NCBI GenBank assembly: GCA_026954325.1
Contig: JAIXKK010000145.1
Location: 260-64,259 of the forward strand
Length of the DNA: 64,000 nt
Source of the DNA: Bryobacterales bacterium
Lineage (GTDB): Bacteria; Acidobacteriota; Terriglobia; Bryobacterales; Bryobacteraceae
Reading direction: 5' to 3'
Shown here: piece after piece, positions 26,997 to 35,575 of the stretch
Numbering within the stretch: position 1 is the stretch's first letter
Layout: every line of letters begins with the position of its first letter
Made by a program: the position numbers and the translations under genes
The notes under the pieces: generated by a model
What the model saw: the letters and a program-made list of their open reading frames with translations, nothing else
Database searches by the model: none
What the model was told of the DNA's origin: nothing

Positions 26997-29725
26997 ATTC
27001 ACGCTGGTTCCCCGCACTCACCGTCCTCCTGCTGCTCAACGTGGCTTACGTCGCCGCGCTGCCATCAGCCACCATCTTTTATGTAGCTAACGTGCTGCTT
27101 CATCTCGTGCTCGGCGTGGTCTTCATAGGCCTGCTGCTCTGGCGCTCCCGCCCGGCTGCATTGCGCTTCAGCGGCGCGGCGTTGACCGGACTGTACCTCA
27201 TGGCGCGCGGCGCCACCACCGATCAGCGCTGGTGGCTCTATGCCCACGTCGTGCTCGGCTTTGCCGCCATGGTGTGGCTGTGGTTCGCCCTCCGGAAGCT
27301 GATGCCGAATCCCGGCCGCGCCATACCGGTGTGCCTCGCGATTCTCGCCCTCGCCGCCGGCTCGCGTCTCCTGCCGCGGCGCGCTCCGCAAACAATAAAC
27401 ACGGGCGAGGCGCCGGTCACCATGCAGGGCGAAGGCGAAGGTCCCAGCGGCCATTTCTGGCCGTCCTCCTCGCGCACCAATGTAGGGCTGGTCCCCTCCA
27501 CATACTTCATGGATTCCGAGCACTGTGGTTCCTGTCACAAGGACGTTTACGAGCAGTGGAAAGGGTCCATGCACCACTTCGCCAGCTTCAATAATCAGTT
27601 CTACCGCAAGTCGATTGAATACATGCAGTCGGTTCAGGGGACCACCAAGCCAAGCCGCTGGTGCGCCGGGTGCCATGACCATGCCCTGTTCTTCAACGGC
27701 AGGTGGGAGAAGCCCATCAAGGATCAAATCGACACCCCCGAGGCGCATATCGGCCTTTCCTGTGTCTCCTGCCACTCCATCGTCAAGGTGCACAACACGA
27801 TGGGGAATGCCGCCTTCACGCTCGATTACAACTGGCTGCACAAGATTGCCGCGAGCAAGAATCCTTATATCCAGCACTTTGAGAAGTTCGTCACCTATCT
27901 CAACCCGGAACCGCACCGCCGCACCTTCCTCAAGCCCCTCCACCGCGATTCCGCCGAATTCTGCTCCTCCTGTCACAAGGTTCACCTGGATGTGCCGGTG
28001 AACAACTACCGTTGGGTTCGCGGATTCAACGACTACGACAACTGGCAGGCGAGCGGCATTTCCGGGCGCGGCGCGCGCTCTTTCTACTACCCCCCAAAAA
28101 GCCTCACCTGCACGAACTGTCACATGCCGGAAGTGAAATCGAACGATCCCGGCAACCGCGCCGGCATGGTGCATAACCACCGTTTCCCCGGCGCGAACAC
28201 CGCGGTGCCCTACGTCAACGAGGACGAAGAGCAGTTGGCGGCGACGCGGGATTTCCTCGAATCCGGCTTCATCTCGGTGGACATCTTCTCCGCAAGCCCG
28301 GTGGAGACGTCGCCGCGTGAAGTGCAGATGGTGCGCCGCGCCGGAGAAGCCACGCCGGCGGCCTTAACCACCTTCGCCGTGGGTGAGGAGGCCGAAGCCA
28401 GCGGTCCTGTCCTGCTGCGGGAAGTGGGCCGGGTCGCCGCCCCGCTCGACAAAGCGGGAGTGAAGCTTCAGCCGGGCGAAACCGTGCGCGTCGACGTCGT
28501 CGTGCGCACGAAAAGGATCGGCCATTTCTTTCCAGGCGGCACCGTCGACGCCTTCGACATCTGGCTGGAACTCGACGGCAAGGACGCCGCCGGACGGCAG
28601 ATCTTCTGGAGCGGCTGTGTCGAAGACGAAGGCCGCGGACCGGTGGAAAAAGGCGCCCACTTCTACCGCTCCCTGCAACTCGATGGCGACGGCAACCACA
28701 TCAACAAGCGCAACGCCTGGCAGACGCGCAGCGTGCTGTACGTCCGCATGATCCCGCCGGGCGCGGCCGATACGGCGCATTACCGCGTCCATATTCCGAA
28801 AGACGCCAGGGGCCCCATCACGCTGAAGGCGAAATTGAACTACCGCAAGTTTTCCTGGTATTACACGCAATTCGCCTATGCCGGACAGCCGAAGCCCGGG
28901 CAGGATGCGAGCCTGGTCAACCTCGAACACGACAGCCGCGAATTCACCTTTGAGCCGGCGAACATTCCTTCCAATGTTTCCGGCAAGATCAAGGACCGCA
29001 TTCCTGACCTGCCCATCATCGTCCTCGCCAAAGCCGAGGCGAAACTCGATCTCGCCGCCCCAGGCGAGAAAACCGAGTGGAGGCAGGTGATCCGCGGCGA
29101 AGACTACGAGCGCTGGAATGACTGGGGCATCGGCATGTTACTGCAGGGCGACCTCAAGGGGGCCGAGTACGCGTTCCATAAGGTGATGGAAGCCAAACCG
29201 GACTACGCCGACGGACCTCTGAATGTGGCCCGCGCCCTCATCCAGGAAGGCGAAACCGGCGCGGCGAAGCCTCTCCTCGAGAGGGCGCGCTCCATCAATC
29301 CCAAACTGGCGCGCATCCATTTCTTCCAGGCCATGGTGGAGAAGTCCGATGGCGACTATGACGCCGCCATTGCGCATCTGGGCGAAGCCGCCGCGCGGTA
29401 TCCGGAAGACCGCGTGGTGCTGAACCAGCTTGGCCGCTTATATTTCCTCAAGCGGCAGTATGCCCAGGCCGTGCGGGCCCTGGAAAGCGTGTTGCGCATA
29501 GACCCCGAAGACCTTCAGGCGCACTACAGCCTGATGCTGTGTTACCGTGGCCTGAATGATCCGGCAAAGGCGGACCTCCACGCCAGGCTGTTCCAGCGGT
29601 TCAAAGCCAACGAGTCCGCCCAGACCATCACCGCCAAGCCTCGCCGGTTGAATCCCGAGGACAACAACGAAAGGCAGATGATTCACGATCACGAAAGCGT
29701 GCCCTTGAAGGTGTCCGGAACATGA
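26993..29725 (+). CDS. membrane-anchored pentaheme c-type cytochrome with C-terminal TPR domain
   Basis: ATGA overlap. About 4 N-terminal TM helices. Five CXXCH motifs (CGSCH, CAGCH, CVSCH, CSSCH, CTNCH). C-terminal TPR repeats (GAEYAFHKVMEAKPDYADG..., YDAAIAHLGEAAARYPED...). Confidence 0.85.
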   Translation: MNSRWFPALTVLLLLNVAYVAALPSATIFYVANVLLHLVLGVVFIGLLLWRSRPAALRFSGAALTGLYLMARGATTDQRWWLYAHVVLGFAAMVWLWFALRKLMPNPGRAIPVCLAILALAAGSRLLPRRAPQTINTGEAPVTMQGEGEGPSGHFWPSSSRTNVGLVPSTYFMDSEHCGSCHKDVYEQWKGSMHHFASFNNQFYRKSIEYMQSVQGTTKPSRWCAGCHDHALFFNGRWEKPIKDQIDTPEAHIGLSCVSCHSIVKVHNTMGNAAFTLDYNWLHKIAASKNPYIQHFEKFVTYLNPEPHRRTFLKPLHRDSAEFCSSCHKVHLDVPVNNYRWVRGFNDYDNWQASGISGRGARSFYYPPKSLTCTNCHMPEVKSNDPGNRAGMVHNHRFPGANTAVPYVNEDEEQLAATRDFLESGFISVDIFSASPVETSPREVQMVRRAGEATPAALTTFAVGEEAEASGPVLLREVGRVAAPLDKAGVKLQPGETVRVDVVVRTKRIGHFFPGGTVDAFDIWLELDGKDAAGRQIFWSGCVEDEGRGPVEKGAHFYRSLQLDGDGNHINKRNAWQTRSVLYVRMIPPGAADTAHYRVHIPKDARGPITLKAKLNYRKFSWYYTQFAYAGQPKPGQDASLVNLEHDSREFTFEPANIPSNVSGKIKDRIPDLPIIVLAKAEAKLDLAAPGEKTEWRQVIRGEDYERWNDWGIGMLLQGDLKGAEYAFHKVMEAKPDYADGPLNVARALIQEGETGAAKPLLERARSINPKLARIHFFQAMVEKSDGDYDAAIAHLGEAAARYPEDRVVLNQLGRLYFLKRQYAQAVRALESVLRIDPEDLQAHYSLMLCYRGLNDPAKADLHARLFQRFKANESAQTITAKPRRLNPEDNNERQMIHDHESVPLKVSGT

Positions 29726-31341
29726 AACCCGCCGCCTGTTTTTTCTTCGCCGCCGGCCTGCTCAGCGCCCAGGTGAAATTCACGGACATCACCCGCCAGG
29801 CGGGCATCCGCTTTGTGCACAACAACGGGAATTCCGGAAAGAAGTGGCTGCCGGAGACGCTCGGCTCGGGATGCGCCTTCCTCGATGTGGATGGCGACGG
29901 ATGGCAGGATATCCTGCTGATCAACGGCAAAGGGTGGACGGCGAAGTCCCCCAGGACCACACACAAGCTATACCGCAACAACCGCAACGGCACTTTCACC
30001 GACATCACCGCGGGCAGCGGCCTCGACGTGGAAATGTACGGCATGGGGGCCGCCGTTGCCGATTACGACAACGACGGCCGCGATGATGTCTACATCACCG
30101 CGCTTGAAGGCGACCGCCTCTTTCACAACGAGGGCAATGGAAAGTTTCGTGACGTTACCAAACCCTCCGGCATCAGCAATACCGGCTTTGGAACCAGCGC
30201 CGCGTGGTTCGATTACGACCGCGACGGCAAGATCGATCTGGTGGTTGCCAATTACGTTGAGTGGAGCCCGAAGCAGGATCTGTGGTGCTCCCTCGATGGC
30301 GCCACGAAATCCTACTGCACGCCGGAATCCTACAAGGGCGTTGCTCCGAAGCTCTTTCACAACCTCGGCAACGGCAGGTTCGAAGACGTAAGCCGGAAGG
30401 CCGGCATCGCCGGCCCCGGAAGCAAATCGCTCGGAATCGCGGTAATAGACTTCGATTCCGACGGCTGGCCCGATCTGTTCATCGCCAACGACACCCAGCC
30501 GAACAAGCTCTACCGCAACAACCGCAATGGCACGTTTACCGAGACGGGATTGACGGCCGGCGTGGCTTTCGGAGAAGACGGAATCGCCCGCGGGGCCATG
30601 GGCACGGACGCGGCCGATTATGACGGCTCCGGCCGGCCCCATCTTCTGGTGGGTAACTTCGCCAATCAGATGCTCGGCCTGTACCACAACGAAGGCAACG
30701 GACTATTCGTGGATGAAGCGCCCCGTTCCACCGTGGGCCGCTCCAGCCTGCTCAGCCTCACCTTCGCCGCCTTCTTCTTCGATTTCGACCTTGATGGCCT
30801 GCTCGACATCTTCTGCGCCAACGGCCATCTGGACCCCGAGATTGAACGCGTGCAGCCGAAGGTGAAATACCGCCAGCCGCCACTGCTTTTCCGCAACCTG
30901 GGGAAGGGCCGGTTCGCCGATGTATCGGGCGGCGTGGGGCCGGATTTCTCGAAACCCATGGTGGCTCGCGGAGCCGCCTATGCCGACATCGACCATGACG
31001 GCGACCTCGATGTTCTCATCACGGACAACGCGGGTCCGGCCGTGCTGCTGCGCAACGACGGCGGAAGCAGGAATCACTGGCTGCGCGTGAAACTCACGGG
31101 CACGAAATCCAACCGCGACGGAATCGGGGCGGCCGTGCGTGTCAAGACCGCCGCGGGCGCCCAGGTCCAGACGGTGCACAGCGGCTCGAGTTACTGCTCG
31201 CAAAGTGAACTCGCCCTCACCTTCGGTCTCGGGCAGGATGCCCGTGTCAACCAGGTGGAGATCGCCTGGCCCAGCGGCGCCGTGCAGCGGATCGCATCGC
31301 CAAAAACAGACCAGGTACTCGAAGTCATCGAATCCCGATGA
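29722..31341 (+). CDS. CRTAC1-family FG-GAP repeat / ASPIC-UnbV protein
   Basis: ATGA overlap. Seven FG-GAP-like loops (DVDGDGWQDILL, DYDNDGRDDVYI, DYDRDGKIDLVV, DFDSDGWPDLFI, DYDGSGRPHLLV, DFDLDGLLDIF, DIDHDGDLDVLI). UnbV/ASPIC C-terminus NHWLRVKLTGTKSNRDGIGAAVRV...GSSYCSQSE...EIAWPSG. Confidence 0.88.
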   Translation: MKPAACFFFAAGLLSAQVKFTDITRQAGIRFVHNNGNSGKKWLPETLGSGCAFLDVDGDGWQDILLINGKGWTAKSPRTTHKLYRNNRNGTFTDITAGSGLDVEMYGMGAAVADYDNDGRDDVYITALEGDRLFHNEGNGKFRDVTKPSGISNTGFGTSAAWFDYDRDGKIDLVVANYVEWSPKQDLWCSLDGATKSYCTPESYKGVAPKLFHNLGNGRFEDVSRKAGIAGPGSKSLGIAVIDFDSDGWPDLFIANDTQPNKLYRNNRNGTFTETGLTAGVAFGEDGIARGAMGTDAADYDGSGRPHLLVGNFANQMLGLYHNEGNGLFVDEAPRSTVGRSSLLSLTFAAFFFDFDLDGLLDIFCANGHLDPEIERVQPKVKYRQPPLLFRNLGKGRFADVSGGVGPDFSKPMVARGAAYADIDHDGDLDVLITDNAGPAVLLRNDGGSRNHWLRVKLTGTKSNRDGIGAAVRVKTAAGAQVQTVHSGSSYCSQSELALTFGLGQDARVNQVEIAWPSGAVQRIASPKTDQVLEVIESR

Positions 31342-31354
31342 GAGAATAAAATCC

Positions 31355-32290
31355 ATGCGAGTCGTCCTGGAAATCTTGGATGGCCCCTTGTTGGGCCGCA
31401 CCGTCGAACTGAATCCAGGCCAGTCGGTGTCCGTCGGCCGGACGGCCAAGTCCCAACTGATGCTTCCGCACGATAGTTTCCTATCCGGTATGCATTTCCA
31501 GATTGAATGCACCGAAACCGGCGCCATGGTGAAGGACTGCAACAGCAGCAATGGAACCTGGGTGAACGGGAACAAGATCCTGAACCAGCAACTTACGGAT
31601 GGCGACCAGGTGGCCGCCGGGCAAACACGATTCAAGATTCATCTCGAGGAAGCGCCGCAAACTCCCGAGGAGCAACGCCGTACTTCCACCGTTCTGTTCG
31701 CCGCGCCGAAGATCGAAGAATTGCAGGCCTTGGCGGCACAACAGAAAGTGGAGGTCTCCACCCTCACACCCGTGCAGCAGGCCGTCGTCAAGTACCTGCA
31801 GCTGCGTCCCGCCCCGCTCTACGCCATCCTTAACTCCAACATCGACGAACGCGTCCCTCACCTGCTCATCACCTCGGGCGAAGTCTACCAATTCCTCTCT
31901 GAAGGCCTGACTCTCGGCGACCAGATGCCCCCGGGTGTCTATCTCGTCTACCTGCCGGCCACCTCGCCCCTGCTCTCCAGGCTGGTGGCGGAAGGATGGG
32001 GCAAGCACTGGACGCTGTTCTTCACCTGCAACCACCCCTTCGGCGAGGTGAGGCAGCATTTACGGCAATTCCTCATCATGCAGACAGAAGAGGGCAAGCG
32101 ATTCTTCTTTCGTTACTACGACCCGCGCCTGCTGCAATATCTGCTGCCCTCCTGCTCGCCGCGCGAGATCACACAACTCTTCGGCCCCATCCAAAGTTTC
32201 CTTATGGAGGACGCGAACGATCCGGCGAATCTGCTGGAAATGATGGTCTCGCCGCAGGGCTTGATGGGTAAGGTTGTCAAACTGGGGTAA
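31355..32290 (+). CDS. FHA-domain protein fused to a DUF4123-like domain
   Basis: N-terminal FHA (GRTVELNPGQSVSVGRTAKSQLMLPHDSFLSGMHFQIE...DCNSSNGTWVNGNKI). C-terminal PLYAILNSNIDERVPHLL...WGKHWTLFF...FFFRYYDPRLLQYLLP...FGPIQSF matches the DUF4123 pattern as I recall it. Confidence 0.75.
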   Translation: MRVVLEILDGPLLGRTVELNPGQSVSVGRTAKSQLMLPHDSFLSGMHFQIECTETGAMVKDCNSSNGTWVNGNKILNQQLTDGDQVAAGQTRFKIHLEEAPQTPEEQRRTSTVLFAAPKIEELQALAAQQKVEVSTLTPVQQAVVKYLQLRPAPLYAILNSNIDERVPHLLITSGEVYQFLSEGLTLGDQMPPGVYLVYLPATSPLLSRLVAEGWGKHWTLFFTCNHPFGEVRQHLRQFLIMQTEEGKRFFFRYYDPRLLQYLLPSCSPREITQLFGPIQSFLMEDANDPANLLEMMVSPQGLMGKVVKLG

Positions 32291-32298
32291 CGCCCGCT

Positions 32299-32670
32299 CT
32301 ACTGTTTTTCGTAAACGGCGACACTGCCGGGTAGGGCCGCGCCCCTTTCATCGAAACTGACGGAGTTCATTGTGAGCGTGCGGCCATCGGCGGAGATGTT
32401 GTAGGTTGTTTTGCTTGCCAGAACGGGGTTGCGCTTGCCTGTGACTTCGATCGAACGGTCACTGATCGCCTTCGCCGTGCTCTCCATGCCGCTGAGCAAA
32501 CCACGGCCGGACCATGTGTATGGCTTGCCGTCGAACGTCATCACGCCAGTGGCTTCTGAATAGGGGTTGGTAAACCTCAGCGAATCGGCGCCCGCCTGCT
32601 CGAAACGAATGATCGCGGGATCGCTCCGGCGCCTTTGTCTGTGCCAAGCCCCGTGGCCCCGGCCCGGCAA
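32299..32670 (-). CDS. small beta-rich hypothetical protein, possibly N-terminally truncated
   Basis: The C-terminal 95 aa look like a real beta-sandwich or lipocalin-like domain (VMTFDGKPYTWSG...YNISADGRTLTMNSVSF). There is no signal peptide and the N-terminus is Arg-rich. TTG start only. Confidence 0.35.
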   Translation of the reverse strand: MPGRGHGAWHRQRRRSDPAIIRFEQAGADSLRFTNPYSEATGVMTFDGKPYTWSGRGLLSGMESTAKAISDRSIEVTGKRNPVLASKTTYNISADGRTLTMNSVSFDERGAALPGSVAVYEKQ

Positions 32671-32729
32671 ACCATCTTGACCCGGTATCGCGGGAAAGGC
32701 GAGTATGGAAAAGTGCCGTGAGCTAATCG

Positions 32730-33305
32730 ATGATTCCTCAATACAAAGCCCTTCTTGCGTTCCTCATCATCACTGCCGCCGCAACCGCCACCTTCCTCTG
32801 GGTGACACGAAATACCGCCAACAAAGAACGGCTGAACCCGGAGGCCGTCTCGAAACTCAGGAGCCGTTTCGCAATCACTTGCGCGCTGCTGCTGATCGCC
32901 GCCCTCGCTCTCACGCTTCCTCATTTACCTTACCCGCGTGGCTCCGAAATTCCGGACAAAGTGGTCTTTGTCGCGGCGAAGCAATTCGCGTTCGGGCTTT
33001 CGGAAGCCCCCATCGCCAGTGACGCACAGTGGGAGGCGGCCAGCCAGGGACCCGCTGTCCGTATCCCCGCCAACCGGTTGGTGGAATTCCGCGTCACCAG
33101 TCTTGACGTCAACCATGGTTTTGGCGTTTACAGCCCTGGCGGAACCCTCCTCGCGCAGACGCAGGCCATGCCGGGCTATGTCAACCGCCTGCGGTTGCGC
33201 CTCCAGAACCCCGGACGCTATCCGGTGCTCTGCCTGGAACTATGCGGGATGGAGCATCATAGCATGCGCGGCATATTCGAAGTCTTTGCAACGGGTAAGG
33301 AGTGA
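32730..33305 (+). CDS. heme-copper oxidase subunit II (CuA cupredoxin)
   Basis: Two N-terminal TM helices. Cupredoxin with the CuA ligand pattern DVNHGF...CLELCGMEHHSM (H...CxExCGxxHxxM). Confidence 0.85.
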   Translation: MIPQYKALLAFLIITAAATATFLWVTRNTANKERLNPEAVSKLRSRFAITCALLLIAALALTLPHLPYPRGSEIPDKVVFVAAKQFAFGLSEAPIASDAQWEAASQGPAVRIPANRLVEFRVTSLDVNHGFGVYSPGGTLLAQTQAMPGYVNRLRLRLQNPGRYPVLCLELCGMEHHSMRGIFEVFATGKE

Positions 33306-33309
33306 TCCC

Positions 33310-34785
33310 ATGTCTTCACCTACCTCCGCGAGCAGCGCCGCCACGCCCCGCCTTCGCAGAAACACGATGCTGTGGGCGCTCCTCGCCATGGCGCTCTTCC
33401 TGGTATCCACCTTGCTCGGATTGTTCCTCCGCTTGTTTCAAGGCAACTCGTTCCCGGCAGTGGAGCCCGTTTGGTTCTATTCGGCTCTCACGCTTCACGC
33501 CTTGATCATGGTAGGCGCGTGGTTCCTGGGCAGCATGGCCGGAGTCCACTACCTTCTTTCCCGTTACGTACGTCCGAGTTCCGCCATCTCCGAACTCGCC
33601 ATGGGCGGCAGCGTGGTTGGCGTAGTTCTGATTTCCATCAGCACGCTGCTGGGCAAGTTCGGCGTGGGCTGGTACTTCCTGTTCCCCTTGCCGCTCTATC
33701 CGAACGGCGCCTGGAGTCCATGGGCCACCATCGTATTCTTCGCGGGTCTGGCCATTCTTGCCGTTTTCTGGCTTGCATGGGTGCTCGATCTGCTTCGCGC
33801 CATCGCGCGCCGTTACTCTCTCTCGATGGCGCTGGGATGGCATATCCTGCGCGGAGCAAAGGAACCGGAGGTCCCGCCGCTGGTTCTGATCACCACGGTG
33901 AGCCTGGTGGTTGTCACCGCGGCATTGGTGGCCGCCGCCCTTGTCCTGGCGCTGTTCGTCCTGCATGGGTCCGGCCGCGCGAACGTGGATGCCCTGCTGA
34001 TGAAGAACCTCACGTTCCTGTTCGGGCACATCATTGTCAACATCACTCTCTACCTGGGAGTGGCCATCCTCTATGAACTGCTGCCGGCGTTCGCGGGCAG
34101 GCCGTGGAAGACGTCCTGGCTGGTTGCCTTTGCCTGGAACGCCGTCCTGTTGCTGGTCCTGTTTGCCTATCTCCACCACCTCTATATGGACTTCGCGCAG
34201 CCGCGCTGGGTGCAGGTGGTGGGCCAAACCGCTTCTTACTTTCTATCCTTGCCGGCCGCCGCGGTCTCCGTCTTTGGCTCTCTCGCGCTCATCTACCGCT
34301 CTGGCTTTCGATGGACAATGGCTTCCAGGCTCCTGGTCTGTGGCGTCCTCGGCTGGGTGATCGGCGGCATCGCGGCGGTTGTTGACGCCACCGTGGCGGT
34401 CAATTCCGTCTTCCATAACACTCTTTGGGTTCCGGCCCACTTCCATACCTATTATTTGATGGGTGTTGTTCTGATGGTTCTCGCGTTCTTCGATCATCTG
34501 AGCCGGGAACTGACCGGCTCGGACACGGATGTTCCAGCAGCCGGTTGGATTCTGAGTCTGCTGCTGCTGGGCGGCTACGGATTCCTGGCAATGTTCTACT
34601 ACGGAGGCGCGACGAGTGTTCCACGGCGGTTTGCCACCTATCCCGAGGAGACGCTCCAGGGCGTGATCCAGGCGCGAGTCGCAGCGGCGTTCGTCGTGCT
34701 GTTGCTCGCCGCGCTGGTGATCTATCTGTCGCGGATGGCGGCGCGTTGTCTGCGCGCGTTCGCGCTTTGCAGGAACGCCTCATGA
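33310..34785 (+). CDS. heme-copper oxidase catalytic subunit I, B-family-like, lacking the cross-link Tyr
   Basis: Collinear with T. thermophilus ba3 subunit I as recalled: LTLHALIMV (low-spin heme His), FGHIIVNITLY against GHPIVY (CuB His present, Tyr replaced by Asn), YLHHLY (CuB His-His) and HNTLWVPAHFH (heme ligands). Confidence 0.85.
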   Translation: MSSPTSASSAATPRLRRNTMLWALLAMALFLVSTLLGLFLRLFQGNSFPAVEPVWFYSALTLHALIMVGAWFLGSMAGVHYLLSRYVRPSSAISELAMGGSVVGVVLISISTLLGKFGVGWYFLFPLPLYPNGAWSPWATIVFFAGLAILAVFWLAWVLDLLRAIARRYSLSMALGWHILRGAKEPEVPPLVLITTVSLVVVTAALVAAALVLALFVLHGSGRANVDALLMKNLTFLFGHIIVNITLYLGVAILYELLPAFAGRPWKTSWLVAFAWNAVLLLVLFAYLHHLYMDFAQPRWVQVVGQTASYFLSLPAAAVSVFGSLALIYRSGFRWTMASRLLVCGVLGWVIGGIAAVVDATVAVNSVFHNTLWVPAHFHTYYLMGVVLMVLAFFDHLSRELTGSDTDVPAAGWILSLLLLGGYGFLAMFYYGGATSVPRRFATYPEETLQGVIQARVAAAFVVLLLAALVIYLSRMAARCLRAFALCRNAS

Positions 34786-35567
34786 CTTTCCCGCGTATTG
34801 CGGCATGTCTGGCAGCCGGCGCCGCGGCGTTGTGGGGGCAATCGCCGGCGGGCAGCCTCAACCAGCCTCCCAACGAGGATCTGTATCTCTACCATTCCGT
34901 GCCGGACATCCTGGTGCGGCCGGCGGGAAAGCCTGCCATGCCATTGTCCGAATTGTGGCGCGAGCGGCCGCTGCTCATCACCATGGTGTTTACCCGCTGC
35001 GCCGGCGTCTGCTATCCGTTTCTTCGCTCGCTTCGCACGGCAACGGAGTCGGCAGGCAAACCGCCATCGGGCTACGGCATCCTCGTTCTCAGCTTCGATT
35101 CCCGCGACACGGCGTCCGACATGAAGGCCGCCGCTGCCGGCATCGGCGCCCGCGCGGATGAGGGCTGGATCTTCGCGACGGCGGCCGAGGAGAGCGTCAG
35201 GCGTCTGGCGGAGGCAACCGGGTTCTGGTTCCGTTGGGACGGCGAGCGGCGCCAGTTTGATCATCCCGCGGTGCTGCTGGCCGTGAAGCATGGCCGCCTG
35301 GTGCGCCTCTTTACGGGAGGGCGCATCCCGGCGGAGTCTCTAGGCGCCATACTGCGCGATCTGGCCGGCGGCTTCGTGCCTTCCTATCCTCTGGCGGATA
35401 AGACTTCCTTCCGATGCTTCCAGTACAACGCCGCCACCGGAAGCTATTCGCTCGATTGGGGCGCAGTGCTGCTGGTTCTTCCGGGCGCCGCTGCGTTCCT
35501 CGCCGCGCTGCTCACGTTCCGCCCCTGGCGGCGGAAATGCGCCCGCGCCCCGTTCCAGGCGGCCTGA
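34782..35567 (+). CDS. SCO1/SenC-like thioredoxin-fold copper chaperone with C-terminal TM anchor
   Basis: ATGA overlap with subunit I. Signal-like N-terminus. FTRCAGVCYPF (CxxxC) plus a downstream FDHPAVLLAV His. C-terminal helix VLLVLPGAAAFLAALLTF. Confidence 0.7.
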   Translation: MTFPRIAACLAAGAAALWGQSPAGSLNQPPNEDLYLYHSVPDILVRPAGKPAMPLSELWRERPLLITMVFTRCAGVCYPFLRSLRTATESAGKPPSGYGILVLSFDSRDTASDMKAAAAGIGARADEGWIFATAAEESVRRLAEATGFWFRWDGERRQFDHPAVLLAVKHGRLVRLFTGGRIPAESLGAILRDLAGGFVPSYPLADKTSFRCFQYNAATGSYSLDWGAVLLVLPGAAAFLAALLTFRPWRRKCARAPFQAA

Positions 35568-35575
35568 ACGCCGCG

